The position numbers and the translations under genes are program-made. Positions 37,501-52,185 of a stretch of 64,000 nucleotides of DNA are shown one piece after another. The stretch covers positions 12,586,001 through 12,650,000 of the forward strand of contig OZ296659.1 in assembly GCA_965655095.1 (NCBI GenBank), given 5' to 3'. This DNA is from Haplodiscus bocki (lineage: Eukaryota). The notes beneath the pieces are model-generated. The model made no database searches. It was not told the DNA's origin and saw only the letters and a program-made list of their open reading frames with translations. Positions within the stretch are counted from its first letter, which is position 1. Every line of letters begins with the position of its first letter.

Positions 37501-38888
37501 CGATTACCAGAGCCCCATTTTGTGGTTCTCAATTTAAAAAAAGTCAACTTAACCAGAAGTTGAGACCCAGAAACATGTAGAATGAAACTCGAAAGGTCAG
37601 ACGTGATGTGAAACAAAACAGAAAAAAATGAAGAAACAAAAAGCAAGGAATTTTATTGACGAATACCACCTTGACTTTACTTGGAAATTGGATATCTTGT
37701 AAAACTGAGAAACAAAACTAACTTTGACAAAAATAACGGCAAGTACCTATTTTCAGAAAACAGGTTTTGGAAAGCTGCAGCTGTGATGCGGTTGCAAAGT
37801 AACCGGGAGCTGATTCATTGCAAAAAAAGCCAGTCAACACCTCTGCTGAAAAAATTGAAACGTTGGGACATTGAATACCCTTGTGACCAATGGACCTCAA
37901 GAGGTTTAAAAGGCTATAGAAAATATTTTTCTGAAAAGTCTCAAAAATTTACCTCTGAGACTACATGAAGAACGGTTTCAAGTCTACTGGCAGTACGGAG
38001 CATCAAAATTTAGCCCCTGGGTCACTCCGTTAATGTTGTTGGAGCCTAGACGAGGGAAGCATCGACATCAAAAGAAATAACCTCAGGGATATTCCAATAT
38101 TCCTACTTGCATTTCGTGCTGAATCATGGGTTAAACCTCCCAGTGGTCGCAACTGCAGTTCCCAGTTCCCAGTTGAATCCTGGGTTACACAAGATGCCTG
38201 GCCAGTTTTGAACATGAAGACCAAGAATTAAACTTAAAAATGAACTTACTATGCAAAGATGTGAGTAGGGGATAATACAAACACCTGCAATAAAAAACTG
38301 ACAATCCGCCTTCGTTCTAAATCTCAGAATCACAGAATTCAAACTAAGTCTCCTCCAGAACGAAATTTAGATTCTGTCGTGCTAACTGGTTCGTAATTCT
38401 AGACAAGATTTAAACAGTGGGGAGATTAGAGAAGCTGTAAAAATGGAAACGAACTTATGGATCAAACCTAACGCGGCCCTATTGCAAAAGTGATCCAACC
38501 TGTGAGTATGCTCAGATGTTCGGGGACCAGGAGGACCAGTGTTCCTCCAGATCGTGTCCTAAAACTCCATTCATTTGATTTCGCTAGAGGAAAATTTCAT
38601 TTGCACCTTTGTTTCACTTTAAAGCACCCCATTTTTCTCAAACACATTGGCTAATCTTGCACGATCTGAGGAATTGTGAAAGAACAATTAATACTTCAAT
38701 CAACGGACATCTGGATTAATAAATATGCTATAGCACATGAGTTGGAAGGCCTTGTCGGATACAGCTCACATTTTGGGGGTCCGAGCTGTCGAACAATTCC
38801 TAGATTTCCCCAAAATCGTCAAGGAAATCTGATTTCATGAATACCAAGTCACAAGATTTATTCTCGATATGAAGTTTCAAAATTTTTA

Positions 38889-38890
<2 letters not shown>

Positions 38891-38928
<38 letters not shown>
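38891..38928. repeat. (GA)19 microsatellite
   Basis: Perfect dinucleotide run. Confidence 0.98.
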
Positions 38929-38931
<3 letters not shown>

Positions 38932-41900
38932 GTAGTTGCCTCATCAAGTAATCTACCATCAGCTTCGACTTTGCCGAAAGTTTTTTCCAAGTCGGCCGGA
39001 GAAGATAAGTGCTCTGGATTTGTTTACATGATGAGCAAAACTGTTTGATTAGAAAGAAAATTGGCATATATCACTTTCCAATCATTTATTTTGAGAGAAG
39101 ATGTAACTACCTCCCGCCATGGTACAGCAACTCAAATACCCTCTCGAGCATAATGGAAACTACTTAGTAATACAAGATCAGGTATTCTCGACCGTTGCAT
39201 CGATTAAATGGAAGAATGAAGTTATAAACGACCATATAAACGGCGAACAAAGGAGAATCAGAAACTCAAAAAAAAACAACCTAATTTCTCATAAAAATAC
39301 TTCGCACAGTGAAAACGCATTGGAACAACCGACTAATAGCACCACCGACGTAACACTTGTTGCGCTCGCAACAAGCAAAACAACATTATATATGGGCCAA
39401 CTTCCTTCAATTCTCGCACGAGAGTGTCACGATATAGACTTTTTGTTCTTGTCTTTAAGGTCTCCGAACAAAATGCCGGCATACAGCTTGGTATCAAGAA
39501 AGGTCGACGACCTGACTTCTTCTTTGTACCTGTTTTGCAACTTCGAAGTACTGTATGGAACGAAGCAAAGCAGTCACGAAGAAACATCGCCTAGAACATT
39601 ACCCTTTTCTAGACGGTAATCTCCTGGTACTGGAATCGAAAGCAGTAAGGAAACCATTAGACAGCATAATAGAACTGGTAGCCAGCCTCCATGTGGAACT
39701 TCCTTAAACTCAGCCAATTACATCTTCAGTGGAGTATACATGGCGATAGAGTGTTCACATTTCTATTACATTGTCGTAATAATGTGGATAAGTCAACACT
39801 GTCTGAGAATTGAAGAAGTGAAAAAAAATTGTATTCCAATACCTGAAGAACGAGAACTGTAAAAAAAATTTAAAAAAAATACAGAGGAAGAGAGTTCAAG
39901 TTCATGGATTTTGATGCACTGACTTCCACCACTACAACCATGGTTGAAATTCTTAATTTAAGGTGGATCCAAAGCCGCCTGTCGTATCGTAATGCTACCT
40001 ACTACAACAAAAAAAGTCAAACCGAGGAAAACGCTAGCATATATTCAAAACATTCCCTCAGACAAAAAATCGTCCATACATAAATCCTATGATCTGTATT
40101 TTGGCGTTGCAGTGCTGGGCACAATCCAAGGCAACAATGGAATGCTTAACTTTGATCTTAAGGGGAGTAAAACGCTCAACTAGTATAGGAAAGACAGATG
40201 CGGAATCGTGACCACCACAGGTTCAAATTCCAAAAAGAAATGCAAAAAATTGCTAGAAGATGTTTTGCATATCAAAAGCTTGAGTTTTCCTTGAACGGCA
40301 GAGGAGAAACGAAAATCAAAATTTTCTCGTTCGAATTCTCAGGCCGACCATCTTTTCTTCGGTTCGTCAAGATTTGCAACAGTTGGGAACTTCTACTTTG
40401 CCACAGAATGCTGAGTGATTTGATTCAAATCACAAAGGGAATAATAGAGACGCTGCCATCCTAAGCTTAGCAGAATCGGATTTTCTTCTATCGGAATTTT
40501 TACTTGTCTTCTTTGCTTCCAAAGAACCACTACGAAAATTTGAGCAAAAGATTTCAAAAAAACGCATCGTATTATCAAAGGCCAAGTTCAAAAAGCAGTG
40601 CCTAACTTCCTGTTGGCTTAGAAGTGTTATGTTCTCACGAGTTGGTTAATCCCATATCTTTTGCAGATCTGTCTAAACCTGATGCAGATAATATATCTGC
40701 TCATTTTCCAATTCAATACTTGCATAGTAAATGCCTTGGATTTTGGAAAAAAATGGCCGAGCAAAGCTGATATTGTCGATTGGGTGCAAACTTAGAAGAG
40801 AGTTGGACACTGAGCCAGAAGTTTGCGTCCGAGAATTACGAGCATCTTTCTAAGGAACCAGAACGAGAACAGGAAAAATTGTCAGACTATATAAAAACCC
40901 TAGGCTCGTTTTGGTACTGTTTGTAAAAGGAGGTCGAAATTTGAAACGTTCCCCGCACGAAACGGCCTGTCTGAGCCGATAGCAAGGGGCTCAGCATAAA
41001 CTAAAGATCAATTTCCATCCTAAACCAAGTGTTGTAATTCTGAGATCAAACTTGGAATCAAAGACACTCTCAAGAGTAATTTGCAGCCCAGTTGGTGCAC
41101 AGCTGAGACGTAAGACCAAATTAACGGAAGTAAAGAGAGTCTCGATCAAGTCAACGACTAGGTGTTTTAAAGGCAACCATGATAGTTGGATGAACAAGCG
41201 GCGATAATGGACCAACTAGCAGGATCGTGAAAGACTGATTGCGTGATTTCAGTCATGTTGTATACCAAAATGTTTATTTTCGACAACTGCATCGAGCTGT
41301 ATGACATAAAAGAGCGTCGAAATTAGGTTAATGGCACTGCAACTATAGTCAAAGAAGCAGAACAATGCATCGTTCACTAGGTTGCACTTCAACATGGTTT
41401 GCAAAAGCGGAACTGGACCCTCCCAACTCAGGAGCAACCAACTATGTGTCTCTAGACGTTGTAATACTATACCAGAGAAGTCTAGTCAAGAAATTAGTCG
41501 CCGAGGTCCTCCTAAATCACTGTCAAACGCTCCCACTCACGGCCACAAAAACCTACAAGGCTGCCCCAATCAGTTGAAAAAACACCGTGAGTTTTGATAA
41601 TACAAAGTTGTAGCACGAGGCAGAAAAGAGCATTCAAGGGATTTCCTGCGTCTCAACTCATAGATCGTTAAATTCAATCCTCTACGTGTTTCATGTGCTA
41701 AGTGCTTCTGCAATGATTGCCCTCAGTTTGCAACACTTTGTCCACTTGAGATGCTCAGAAGTCCAGTGAGCCAGCACTGGGAAACTGTTATCCAGAGGAA
41801 AATTTTCATGGACCTTGGTATCATTTGTCGACAGTTGCCTTGTCTTTTTTTGCTCTAACTCGAATCATCTATTGGTGTAAACTCAGATTGTGGGCGTGCT

Positions 41901-44900
41901 CTCAGTTGTGATTGCGTTCCTGCGGGAGATTGATTGGGAACGGAAATCCTGTTGATTCGTTTTATCAGTGGATTATCTGTGATTGAATGAGTGTAGTACC
42001 ACTTCATTTTATATATCTGTTGAGTTTGGTAGACAAATTTTTTCTGGTTTATCAGTTGGGGCTTTTCAACAGCTGAGTTTATCACCACGGTAGTTGGGAT
42101 GCAGATTTGAGGTCGTCTTTTGAAGGGTTTCTCCTGTTGGCGACTATCCTTCTTTTCCATGAAACAGTTGGCAATTGGGTAGAAACTCCAAATATTGGAG
42201 CTGTCCTAACAGCGTTTCTACAAACAACTCCGCGGTAAGCATCCTCTTGAGCTTTGGTACTGTGCTGTTATGATTTGTTGCATGATCACACTATGCCATG
42301 TTGAATTGGTCATCTTTGATCCTCACTCCGTCCATTTTTCTGAAAACCGCACACTTTCATCTTTTTCTTGTTCGCTCTTCTCACGAGCAAGTTTCATCAG
42401 TAAGACGCTCAGACGATTCCAAAGTTTTCTGAGAGAATGTGCTTGGTATCCTGCCCCTGTGGTTGAGGTTTTTGAGGAACCACCATGTTTTGTCTCTCTG
42501 TTACATTTTTGATGCAAAAGTTGTCAGAAAGTGTCCTGTGAAGAGAAGCCCTCACCCAATTTTACCATCGGCAGATTTCTTGCAAATATAGAGCTTAGGC
42601 CTTGACTAGTTGTGCTATACTGAAAGATGATGACCTCTAACCATGTTCCACCAGACATCCAATCACATTCAGCTTTTTTAAAGTGTCTAAGATCCCATTG
42701 GGCTGACTTCTGATTTGGTTTATGTTTTCTTGTGGATTTAGACTTGATGGCATGCTCCAACCTTTCAATGGTCCACTTTGTCCCGTTTCGACCTTCAACT
42801 TCTTTGTCTTTGTATTTTCCGTCTTGTAAATTTAACTTAAGTCTTCTTCGAGTATCTTGCCTAGACTCCAACAATTCCTCATGTGCCCCTTTCTTTAGAA
42901 ATAAAAATGAATTACTTAATCTCTGGAGACCAGTGTACTTTCGCCAAAAAAATAAATATTTCGAGTTTTCGGTTCAATTGGTGACTACTATGGACACTTC
43001 TGACCGTTTCAAACTAACTTCGATGCTGCACAGTTTTCACCACTGGTGTTAGCTCTATGTTTCTGTCTTCCCTAGGTTAAACTGCCGAAAAGTTATACTG
43101 GAGAGTATCAAAACTGACTAATTTCTCAGTATGGCGAAAATTTTTTGTTCTGTTTCCGGGGTAGGAAAACTGCAAACAAACTTTCTCCAAATTTTCGAAC
43201 TCTTGTTAACTGCCGTACTAATGCTTTTCAAAGCTGGCATGACGTTTTTTGACAAATGCAAGGCTTTCTGGCCGCGGGTCGTACGACATTAACTCAAGGA
43301 GATATTCAATTCCGAGTTTTCCTGTCGAAAACAACGCCTCGTCTCCATGTCGATTTTGGAAATCTCGGAAACTGTCGAAGTCAATCGTCTCTTGATCAAA
43401 CTTGCGGAGCGTGTTTTTCTTGTTGTGCGAATTCGGATATGAAAACTTGAGAACACTGCAACTCTGGCAACTTTGTTGAACTTTGTGCAAATTTTGTAAT
43501 TTTAGAACCTCTAAAGACGCTATTTTTCCTGGAAAAAAATCACTTCCACTGATCAAATGCTCACCGACTTTTTCAAGTCTTCCTAGTGCTCACATATGAC
43601 TGGAAACCAAGTTATTTGGCATGTCAGAAAGAATGATAATTTCTTTGCTGGCTTCCATTTGAAACTCGGGCAAAATTGACAGAATCTGCAGTGATAGTTA
43701 GGATTTGTTGCTCTGAACTTGCTGAAAGTTAACAATTAAACCTCAGCAGTTTTGTCTGGGTGGTTTTGGGTAGCCGTAACCTATAGTATTTAGCAATTGC
43801 TCCGATCGTCGAGACTTTTGGTCTCAAGGTTGTTCAAAATGACCTACTGTCAGCTGAGCTTAAGTAGCAAAAAAATTGCATTAGCAAGAGCCGCAAAAAG
43901 GCAAGAGGTGTATATTGCTGGAATTGTTGGAGTACGCTTGCTAGTGAAGCACCAAAGTTGTAACTATGCGCCGCATGTTCTCACACGTTTTGGATTTTTG
44001 TACCTAGGTTCTTACGGAGTTTGCAGGATCGTCGGCCAAAACTCCTCAGTTCTGCTCCAAACAGCCTGGGATCTGGCGTGCAGGCATGCCTTGGGCCCTT
44101 GATTTTGCATTCACATTCACAGGGACAGTTCCGGCACTGATTGTTGTTGTTATTGAGAGAAACTATGCAACTGGAGGTATAGCCGAGGAAGGGTCGTTTT
44201 CGAATGTTCCGACTATTTTTCCCCAGCAAAACCGTCCGAATTGCCTGAAACTTTTATCACAAAACCCCAATGTAAAGCAACTGGAGTGCTGCTATGCCAC
44301 ACAATGTTCCACCAGAATGCAGAACTTAGATACCAAAACACATGCTTTTTACCTGCTGAATTTTGGATTGAAAATCTTTACTTCTTATTCCAATTGGTGC
44401 AAAGTTCACCTCCGAGTTCAGAAACTGGTTATAAATTTCAATTACAGTCCAAACTTGTCAGATTGGGTCTCAGAAAGAAATGTGTCTGAAATCTTTTTCC
44501 CGCAGAGATGACCCACTGAGCAAGCTGCTTTTGATGTGTTCGACTATAAGCATTTGGGGATTAATCTGATTTGTCTGAACGTTTAGGCAAAAGCGCCTGG
44601 CATTTCTCCAGAGCTGTCTCGACTCTTAGATGAATCCAATTCTTCTTCTGTCAGGAATTTTTTGGTAGTTTCTGCTTCTTCAGGAAAATCTCCGGAGCAG
44701 GTGACTTTTGTTCTGTGTCCGAAAGAGTTCTGGAAGTCATTTCCTGAGACCGGCTATAGCTAGCAGTCGCTCTCAAGAGAGAAAAACCAATAAAGATCAG
44801 AAAACAGGCGTTTTAACATCGCGGTCGTGACTTCCATTGCAACAAGTTGGTGAACGTTGAGCTAAACGTTTAAAATATAGTTCTCTTCCGAGCAGAAAAT

Positions 44901-47900
44901 AACTCTCATAGTGGCTTAACGAGTGATTTTTGGGAGTCCTCTGATGGTAAGCTTGGACCATGTTAGTGGTGGTTTAACGGGGTAGTACGTTGTTTTGCAC
45001 AAAATGATGAAAACTTTCCTCTCAATCTTTTGTTCCCCATTTTTTGGTTCTCTCTGGCCATCTTCGATCTTTTCCGAAATTCTGGCGTTTCTGTTGCCGG
45101 AAGTGAGCGCATAGATTGAACCAACAATGGCTTTGAGGAAAAACTATGCCTTTTTTTGACGCCTATTAATCTGTCCTTATGGCACTAAGGACCATTTTGG
45201 ACTAACGCCTACTGGAAAGGAAGAACCCCGGTAGGCCTTCAAAGTTTTCTTACCAGAATTATCCGGAGACTGAGAATGCAATTGCGTATTTATTTTTGAC
45301 TTCCTCAGGAATAAAAACAGTGTTTGTAAACTGCCTCCGCTAGAGCTGTTCAACAGAGATGTAATCAGGTATGGTTGTTCCTACTCAAAACTTGCTGGAA
45401 CATAGTCAACAACCCTAGGCATTAACACGGAAAAGAAACTATGAAAAGATGCAAAAGTTAACGAAAACTTACATAAACTCCTTGAAGCGCTTCAGAAAAT
45501 GCAGTAGATACCTTCATCCACCTGTGAAGAGACAGTGCCATCAACTTTAGATGTTCTTTTGCGCTGAAAGCTAAAATATATCCAACAAATACTCTCAGGA
45601 AAAAAAGATTTGATTATCTTGAAGTGAAATCGGCAGTTTTTTTATCTTCCGTCAATCCAGATCACCATTTTGCTGCAATCCCTCTGTCTGCCAAAAATTA
45701 CTAGAATGTTTCCGAAATCTCCAGGTTATGATGTTTAATGTAGTTGATGAAACCAGCACGTGGCCCGGGAGCAGAGAAACTTCCTTTCGTCCTGCCTACT
45801 CAATCAATTTTGAGCCACAGGTTTCTGCGTGGGTGGGGAGCTTCAAACTCGGGGAACCTAATGCCACTAATAGTTGAAAACCAGTTCCTCAAGCTCAATC
45901 TTTTACTTTTACCGGAATGTATTTGTAATAATTTGCTTCTCAGAAGGCAGCACTAAGACTTAAATCATCTCAATTCTGAGAGATAATTAAAAATCTCAAA
46001 AAATTGTATGATGCAAATTTTCAGTTTTTTGTCTCGGTTACTTCTCTCAACTCTCGCTCCCCTTTAATCTCCTAGTTTTATTCGTTCGCTTCAGGTTAGA
46101 ATGTTCTTTTGGCGCTTCCAAATGTGTTTTTCGAAAGAGATCAATGTCGAATCTAGATTTTGACGTCATCCAGGCAAAACTGTCAACATATGTTTGACTT
46201 CCGATCACAAAGTGGTATAAAGAACACTAGCTGACAATTGTAAGTTTTGGTTCTTTTTTAGTAATACTCACTTTACAAGTTCAAATTTCATAGACAGTTT
46301 ATCACTAGACAAAAATGATGTAATAACAAAACATTCTTGAAATTTGAAGCAAATATGACTGCTTCTTTGCTGTGAAATTGAACCACTACTTTAGAAGTTG
46401 TGATAACCTAAAATTTATTTATTTTCAAACAGTTTTGAAGCTTGCAAAAAATCTCGTTTTACACAGAAGAGATTTCAAAAACCTCACTCATTCTTTGTCT
46501 GTAGCGAAGGATTTCTTCTGAAATTTTAAAGGCTCTAACATTCTTCCGAGAAACAAACTTCTGAGTGACAAAAAAACTGAAAAAAATCCGCTATGTTTTG
46601 ACTAAAAACTTGGGCACTGAGTTGTTCTTTCAGTTCTTTTTCGCCAGCTACTCAAAAATTTGTTTCTCTAAACAGTGTTATTGAAAAACATTTTGACAGA
46701 AATTCTTGGCTGCAAAGAAGCAAACGTGAGGTTTTCGACATTTCTTGTGCATTAAGAGATTTTCGGCAAAGTCGTTTAAAAAGTTCGAAAGGATGTAAAA
46801 TTTGAGTTATCACAAATCTAAAGTTGCTGTTCAATTTTCAAAGCAAAAAACACTAATACAACTTTAAAAATTGCTTCAACTTCCAAAAATATTTTGCTTC
46901 TACATAATTTTTGTAAAGTGATAAATTGTCCACGAAATTTGAACTTGAAAAATGACTCTTATTGAAAATGAACAGACTTATACTTTTGTCGTCTAGAGGA
47001 GAGAAGTACCGTTAGATAACATCACAGGCTGGATCTATGATAGGTTCCTATAGAATTAGACAAAAGAACAAAGGGAAGTTAAGTGATGCAAAAATTGTTT
47101 CTTTTAAGATCAAACCAGTAAATGATCGAATAGAATAGAATAGGGCAACAAATGTATTCTAGTTTTTTATTAATTGTAGTAAAAGTAGCGGTGCGCCTGG
47201 CCCATCTTTCCAAAATTATAACTAAGGGTTACGATTTCTGATTAGTTTCTCCTTTGTGAAGTGTTTAACCAGCTATCTACGGTCTTTGTGCGCCTTCCAA
47301 TCTTTTTCCTTGGTTTTGTCCTTCCAAATTCACCCCATTAACGAACATGATCTTCTGTATGATGTAATTCATCACTCTTTCCGTCAAATGGCCAGCTGCA
47401 TACCCAAGCAAAGGGTTGTTTGTGTAACTGTTAACCAGTGATCGCAATAGCACATTTGCCATTTTTGGAACTTGACCAAAAACTTGATCTTTCGACAATT
47501 TTCTGGGATCTGCCTGCCGGAGAAATGCCACAATGTCAATTAAATAATTTGTGCCTGCAATTTGGGGTTGGAAAACTATATACTTATTTTACATAAAGAT
47601 AATTTTATAGCAACATAGTTTGAAAAAAATTCGTTCTAAATCAAAGAAAAATATGTACCTCTCTATTTTGCAATTTCTATTTTATTTTTCCCAGAGGAAT
47701 TTCTCACTAGAGTTGCTGAAAAGAAGTGGAACATGAACTGCTGGAAAATCAATCAATTGTATCGAATGTCAAGAAGGGCGTGATTTTTACTTATCGTTAG
47801 ATTCTCAGTTTTACAACTCATGGACAGTCATTCACCACTTATCCATGACTCATGCATTGCCTGTCATGGGCCATTCCATTATTTTCCCACGATTTGCAAA

Positions 47901-50699
47901 ACTTCATGTATGGGAAGCAAACTCAGTTGGGAAACAAACATGAATTCTATCGGGAGAGAAAATCCATTGTTCCCTAGAGCGTACATCGATCTTCAATCAC
48001 AATGTTGAGCTTATAAAGAGTTCAATCTGTTAAAAAAGATTGAAAAACAATAAAACATTGCAAATGGTATTTTTTATATCAAATTGAAAAATGTTTTGAC
48101 CTACCCTAGTTGACGTTGCAGGAAAAACTTCCATGAACTTGAATTTTTCCAAGCAACCTTTCCAAGATTTTCCATGATTAAGGAAAAAGCTGACGCAGAC
48201 AATTCTTCCAAGATGCTTCAATGCATCATGCTAAACTTCAAAAAAATTTGTCTGAAACTTACAAAATTTGGCTGCAGCGGCTGGAATCCTATTTTACAAG
48301 ACTTTGTACGAGACATGTAAAACTTTCCATACACGTTTTTAGCCGGTGCTTTACTTTGGCTAAAGAGGCTGACTAATGTTACTGACTTTTTTTCCTTAGG
48401 ATATAGCTCACATTGCACAAATCCAATTCGAACAAAGTTGCCTTTTTGCATTTTTCTCGTGCGACTGCCCTTCCCCAACTGTCGAACGTTTCGAATGCTC
48501 GCGATAACCCCTTTGTCACATTTTATCGTGACTCCTTCTATAAACTCTACCAGATCGAGAGGTAACGGGTTCGAACCGCAGCATAAGCTATGTTTTCTTA
48601 TATTTTTTCCCAAAAAGTATACCAAAGCACAATTCTTTCAAACTTTAAAATCAACTTCGTCCTGTGATGAATGTTTTTGCCATACGGGAGGCGCCGACTC
48701 TGTCCTTTTTTGGCTTGTTAGTTTATACCACCAATCAAAAATTGATGTGGTGATAATTCATTCATTTCACAAAATGGAATTACGACTCTTGAAACGTTCC
48801 ATATGGAACGTATGTCTGTAATTGAGTAAAAATGGCACTTTTAAAAATTTCTCGACCAATTTTGTACATAAAAAAACATTAAGTCGGAGGAAAAAACTTT
48901 TTAAAAAGAAAAATTAAAGGGCTGAATCTAATATTCTTGAATTGAAAGCCTTGCTAACTTCCATAATTACAAGCTTAGAGTTAAAAAGTTTGCTCTTATG
49001 TCTGACTTTATTACATGCGCTAACAAATAGCTTTGAATATTCGTTCTGATTAATAGTGAATATACTTATATGCCAAAATCAATTTTGTAACGTTACAAGT
49101 TTGCATAGTAAATCCTGCGACGGTACTAGTTGTGGAGAAGACTGGGGCAAAAATGCCCAGAATTGAGCCCAAGTGTTTAAAAGGGAGAATAAGGGAAGTC
49201 ACAAAAACGAGGAGTATTAAAAAAACCAATATTCAGGATTCCAATGTGCTATTGAAGACGATCATGTGTAGTTCGACAACAGCCAAGAGGTGAGGAGGTA
49301 CTAGGAAGAGAGTTATCACTGCTATGATGAAGAAATAAAGCGTTATAAGGAGTTCGTCTTTCATTCCCGTGAATAGTTCAACAATGCAAGTTTTCATCAC
49401 GTGGAATTCTGCCTCGTCTTTTAGAGCTGAGTGTCAACATCAAGTGGACGAGGAATCCAATGGACATGCAATCTCTCAAAACTAGCAGACTGACTAAAAA
49501 GAAGAACAGAAAGAAAGGAAGAATGCGGAGAATTTTAGCAAAAAAGTCAGGTACTTCTTTCATTCAAATGTAGCTCCAATTAAACTGCGCCTTTTAATCA
49601 AAAAATTTGCTCGTAATTGTGCCTCACTAGTCGCACCAGTTTGTTGCGGGTTGTACTAGTTTTAATATTTGATTGTTTACTATTGTTTTCGCTAGCTAAT
49701 AGTGCTGAGCGGCGTGTGCGGCCATACGTCCACGTTATTGTGTAAGAAAGTCTCAAAAACTTACACTGTTTTTAGCTTTGTAATTTTGCCTTGTCAAACC
49801 GCGCGAACAACGTTGCGTAAGTTCTACTAGCAAGGACTTGGTGGGCAAAGAAAAAGTATGAAATAAGAGATGAATTATTTGTTGAATATACGGAAATGGC
49901 AATCAACTTGTACAAAGTAAATGTGTACAAGATAAGATGAAATTTTGGATGTAAGAGATTATTAGGGGTGAGATTTGAGAAATTCAAATTATTAAACTTC
50001 ACCAGTTGTCTTCCAAAGTTTATAAATCGAATCTAATACTAACCACAAATCAACTTTAATATGTTAATTTTGTATCATTCAACTATAATATAAAGAAATC
50101 AATTTACACCCAAAATTCAAAGAATTAGGTTTCAATCCACTGTATATTTATTCCCCTGAGATGAAATTCGAAAATATCAAGAATTTTCTAGCGCCAGAAT
50201 ATAAGTATTAACAGTCAAAAGAAAATCCGTAAGCATTACAATATTCAAAGTATATATCCGAAAATCCAAAATATTCGACGGATTCATAAGACAAACCCGA
50301 AATTTAAGGCATCCCAGTTTTCATTAATGCTTAATACATTTAATTTGATATTAAGTTTAGCTGATATCTTTATTAATTGAATAAATGAGATTACAGCAAT
50401 TGACAAAAATACGTTTACGAAACTTTCCAAAAAAATTCGAAATATTGATCTGATGAATAGGTTGAGGTAAGTCTTTGGCTTTTTATTTTCGGAGCTAGGA
50501 CGAATGGTTATATTCGTGTTTTCTAGCTCGACCTTTTTGCCTTTTGTTTTGTTTTAGTTTTATGAATATGTTATATGTAATCAGTTCAGCTAAGACTTCG
50601 GTAACATACCACAAAGCAGTCAACCGCGTCAATTTCCTTAAATACCGTTAATTCAGGACGTGACATAAGTCAAACGGTGTTATTGAACGGGACATCATC

Positions 50700-50950
50700 T
50701 TTATCTACGACTGTGGAGACATGCAAAAAGCAGTTAACCAAGTCAAGTCTCTTAGGGTCCTCCTTTAGTCTAGCGTTAAGCCACTGACGAGGCGCATTCA
50801 TGTATTTTAGTTGTAGTTAGTGAGTTGTCCGTTTTAGCTTTTTATCTATGACTGCGGTAACATGCATAAAGCAGTTAACCAAGTCAAGTCTCTTAGGGTC
50901 CTCCTTTATTCAAGTGTTAATCCACTGACGAGGCGCTTTCATGTATTTTC
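50700..50950. repeat. Direct duplication, period 141 bp
   Basis: Identical core AAGCAGTTAACCAAGTCAAGTCTCTTAGGGTCCTCCTTTA and CCACTGACGAGGCGC in both copies; weaker partial copy at ~50600. Confidence 0.9.
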
Positions 50951-51507
50951 ACTTTTTAGTTATTGACTCAGTATTTATTTAACATAGTAACTGGTCGAGA
51001 AATCTTAGTTCCCCTTTTCGTCCATACCGTGACATAGTCCTCGGATTTTATTGGAGGGGTTTAGGTTGTTTTACCCTTTTAGATTTTATCTAAGTTTCAG
51101 TGTCACTCGTTTTCACGGTTACTGAGCTATTTCTCTTATGTCCTTTTATCTCAAACGCGGCGATTCACTCGCGTACTTGTTGGGAGGGTTTATCTTTTTT
51201 AAAAAAAATTTTTCGAATAACCAGTAGAATATTAACCGACGGGATTCGAAGTGCCAAAATCTGATAAGAATTTCTAGCGAGAATTACTCTGCTAGTAAAT
51301 GAAATGAGAGACTCACTGATACCATCATTGAAGCTGAGGAAGTGTGTTGAAGTTCGTTTTCTTTAGGTCTTTGCTGGTTGATCGTGAATGTTGGATTTTT
51401 GCTCGCTGAGAAGTGATAAGAAGATTCAAATGAGAGAAGTTAACAATTGAAAAGGAGACCGAGAAGGGTTTCGCTTCGTGGAATTGAGCAAGTGAGTTGT
51501 AGCGAGC

Positions 51508-51590
51508 GAATGAATATTAAGGCTGTTCACAGGGTATTTATACCCAGATGGTCACGTGTCCTTGCAAATTTGGACGAGAGCCAATAGAAT
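51508..51590 (-). promoter_or_regulatory. Pol II core promoter-like module 1 (CCAAT, E-box, TATA, Inr)
   Basis: Minus strand TATAAATA starting 51542 with the A of TCATTC at 51511 (31 nt); CACGTG and a CCAAT box upstream. Confidence 0.5.
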
Positions 51591-51639
51591 CATTCGGTGG
51601 GCAAATTGAGAGCAATTAAGTTGCCTCTGTATAACAGAA

Positions 51640-51795
51640 TTTGCGGCTAAGACAAGCTTTTGAGTTGTAAGAATATTTCCGTTGAGGTGATGAGGAAATT
51701 TGGCAAAGACAAGTTTTGAAATTGTCTTGGAAAAATTTTGAAGAGGAGATTGGCAAATGTGGCAGAGACAAGTTTTGAAATTGTCTTAGAATAAA
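51640..51795. repeat. Array of three dyad repeats AAGACAA-N9-TTGTCTT (first degenerate)
   Basis: Copies near 51640, 51700, 51760. Confidence 0.75.
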
Positions 51796-51888
51796 TTCAA
51801 TGATGAAGATTTGGGTTTATATTCATGATGAAGTTGAAGTGGAAGAGAGTTTCGCCTCGGGGATGTAGGCTAGTTGACTGTAGAGAGC

Positions 51889-52030
51889 GAATGAACAAAA
51901 TGAGAGTGTACGGGGTATTTAAACCCAGTTATAGCGCAATCGAACTATCGTCTAAAAGGAGAGCGCCTCCATATAGCAGTGTTTGCTTTAGGATCATTTG
52001 ATCGGCGTGAAGAGGTCAGGATTGGCGGTT
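51889..52030 (-). promoter_or_regulatory. Pol II core promoter-like module 2 (CCAAT, TATA-like, Inr)
   Basis: Minus strand TTTAAATA starting 51923 with the A of TCATTC at 51892 (31 nt); same CTGGG..CCC flanks as module 1; CCAAT at ~52021. Confidence 0.45.
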
Positions 52031-52047
52031 TTTCAGAATTATTGAGA

Positions 52048-52185
52048 TTTTGCGGCTAAGTCATAGTTCGACTTAGAATATTTTCGCTGATGAGCGTTTT
52101 GTGGCCAAGTCATAATTTGACTTAGAAAATTTCCGATAAAAGCAATTTTGCGGCTAAGTCATACTTTGACTTAGAATATTTTCGA
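52048..52185. repeat. Three 49-bp tandem repeats each with dyad CTAAGTC-N7-GACTTAG
   Basis: Left arms at 52056, 52105 (one mismatch), 52154; exact 49-bp period. Confidence 0.9.

Noticed and set aside
37680-38230. SNF2 helicase C-terminal remnant (DIPIFLLAFRA..GLNL....V..VESW)
   Set aside because: Needs several frameshifts and the diagnostic QAxxRxxRxGQ motif is absent; too weak without a profile search
35000-49500. Numerous 60-170 aa ORFs, including 39119-39619, 42524-42874, 44086-44511 and 47277-47531
   Set aside because: No recognisable domains or consistent exon chain; could be old decayed coding sequence but cannot be supported
50770-50950. Hammerhead ribozyme suggested by CTGACGAG in both 141-bp repeats
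   Set aside because: No closable stem II followed by GAAA on the same strand; catalytic core incomplete
52048-52185. CRISPR-like array (palindromic repeats at constant spacing)
   Set aside because: Only three units, the variable part is ~10 nt, eukaryotic context and no cas genes
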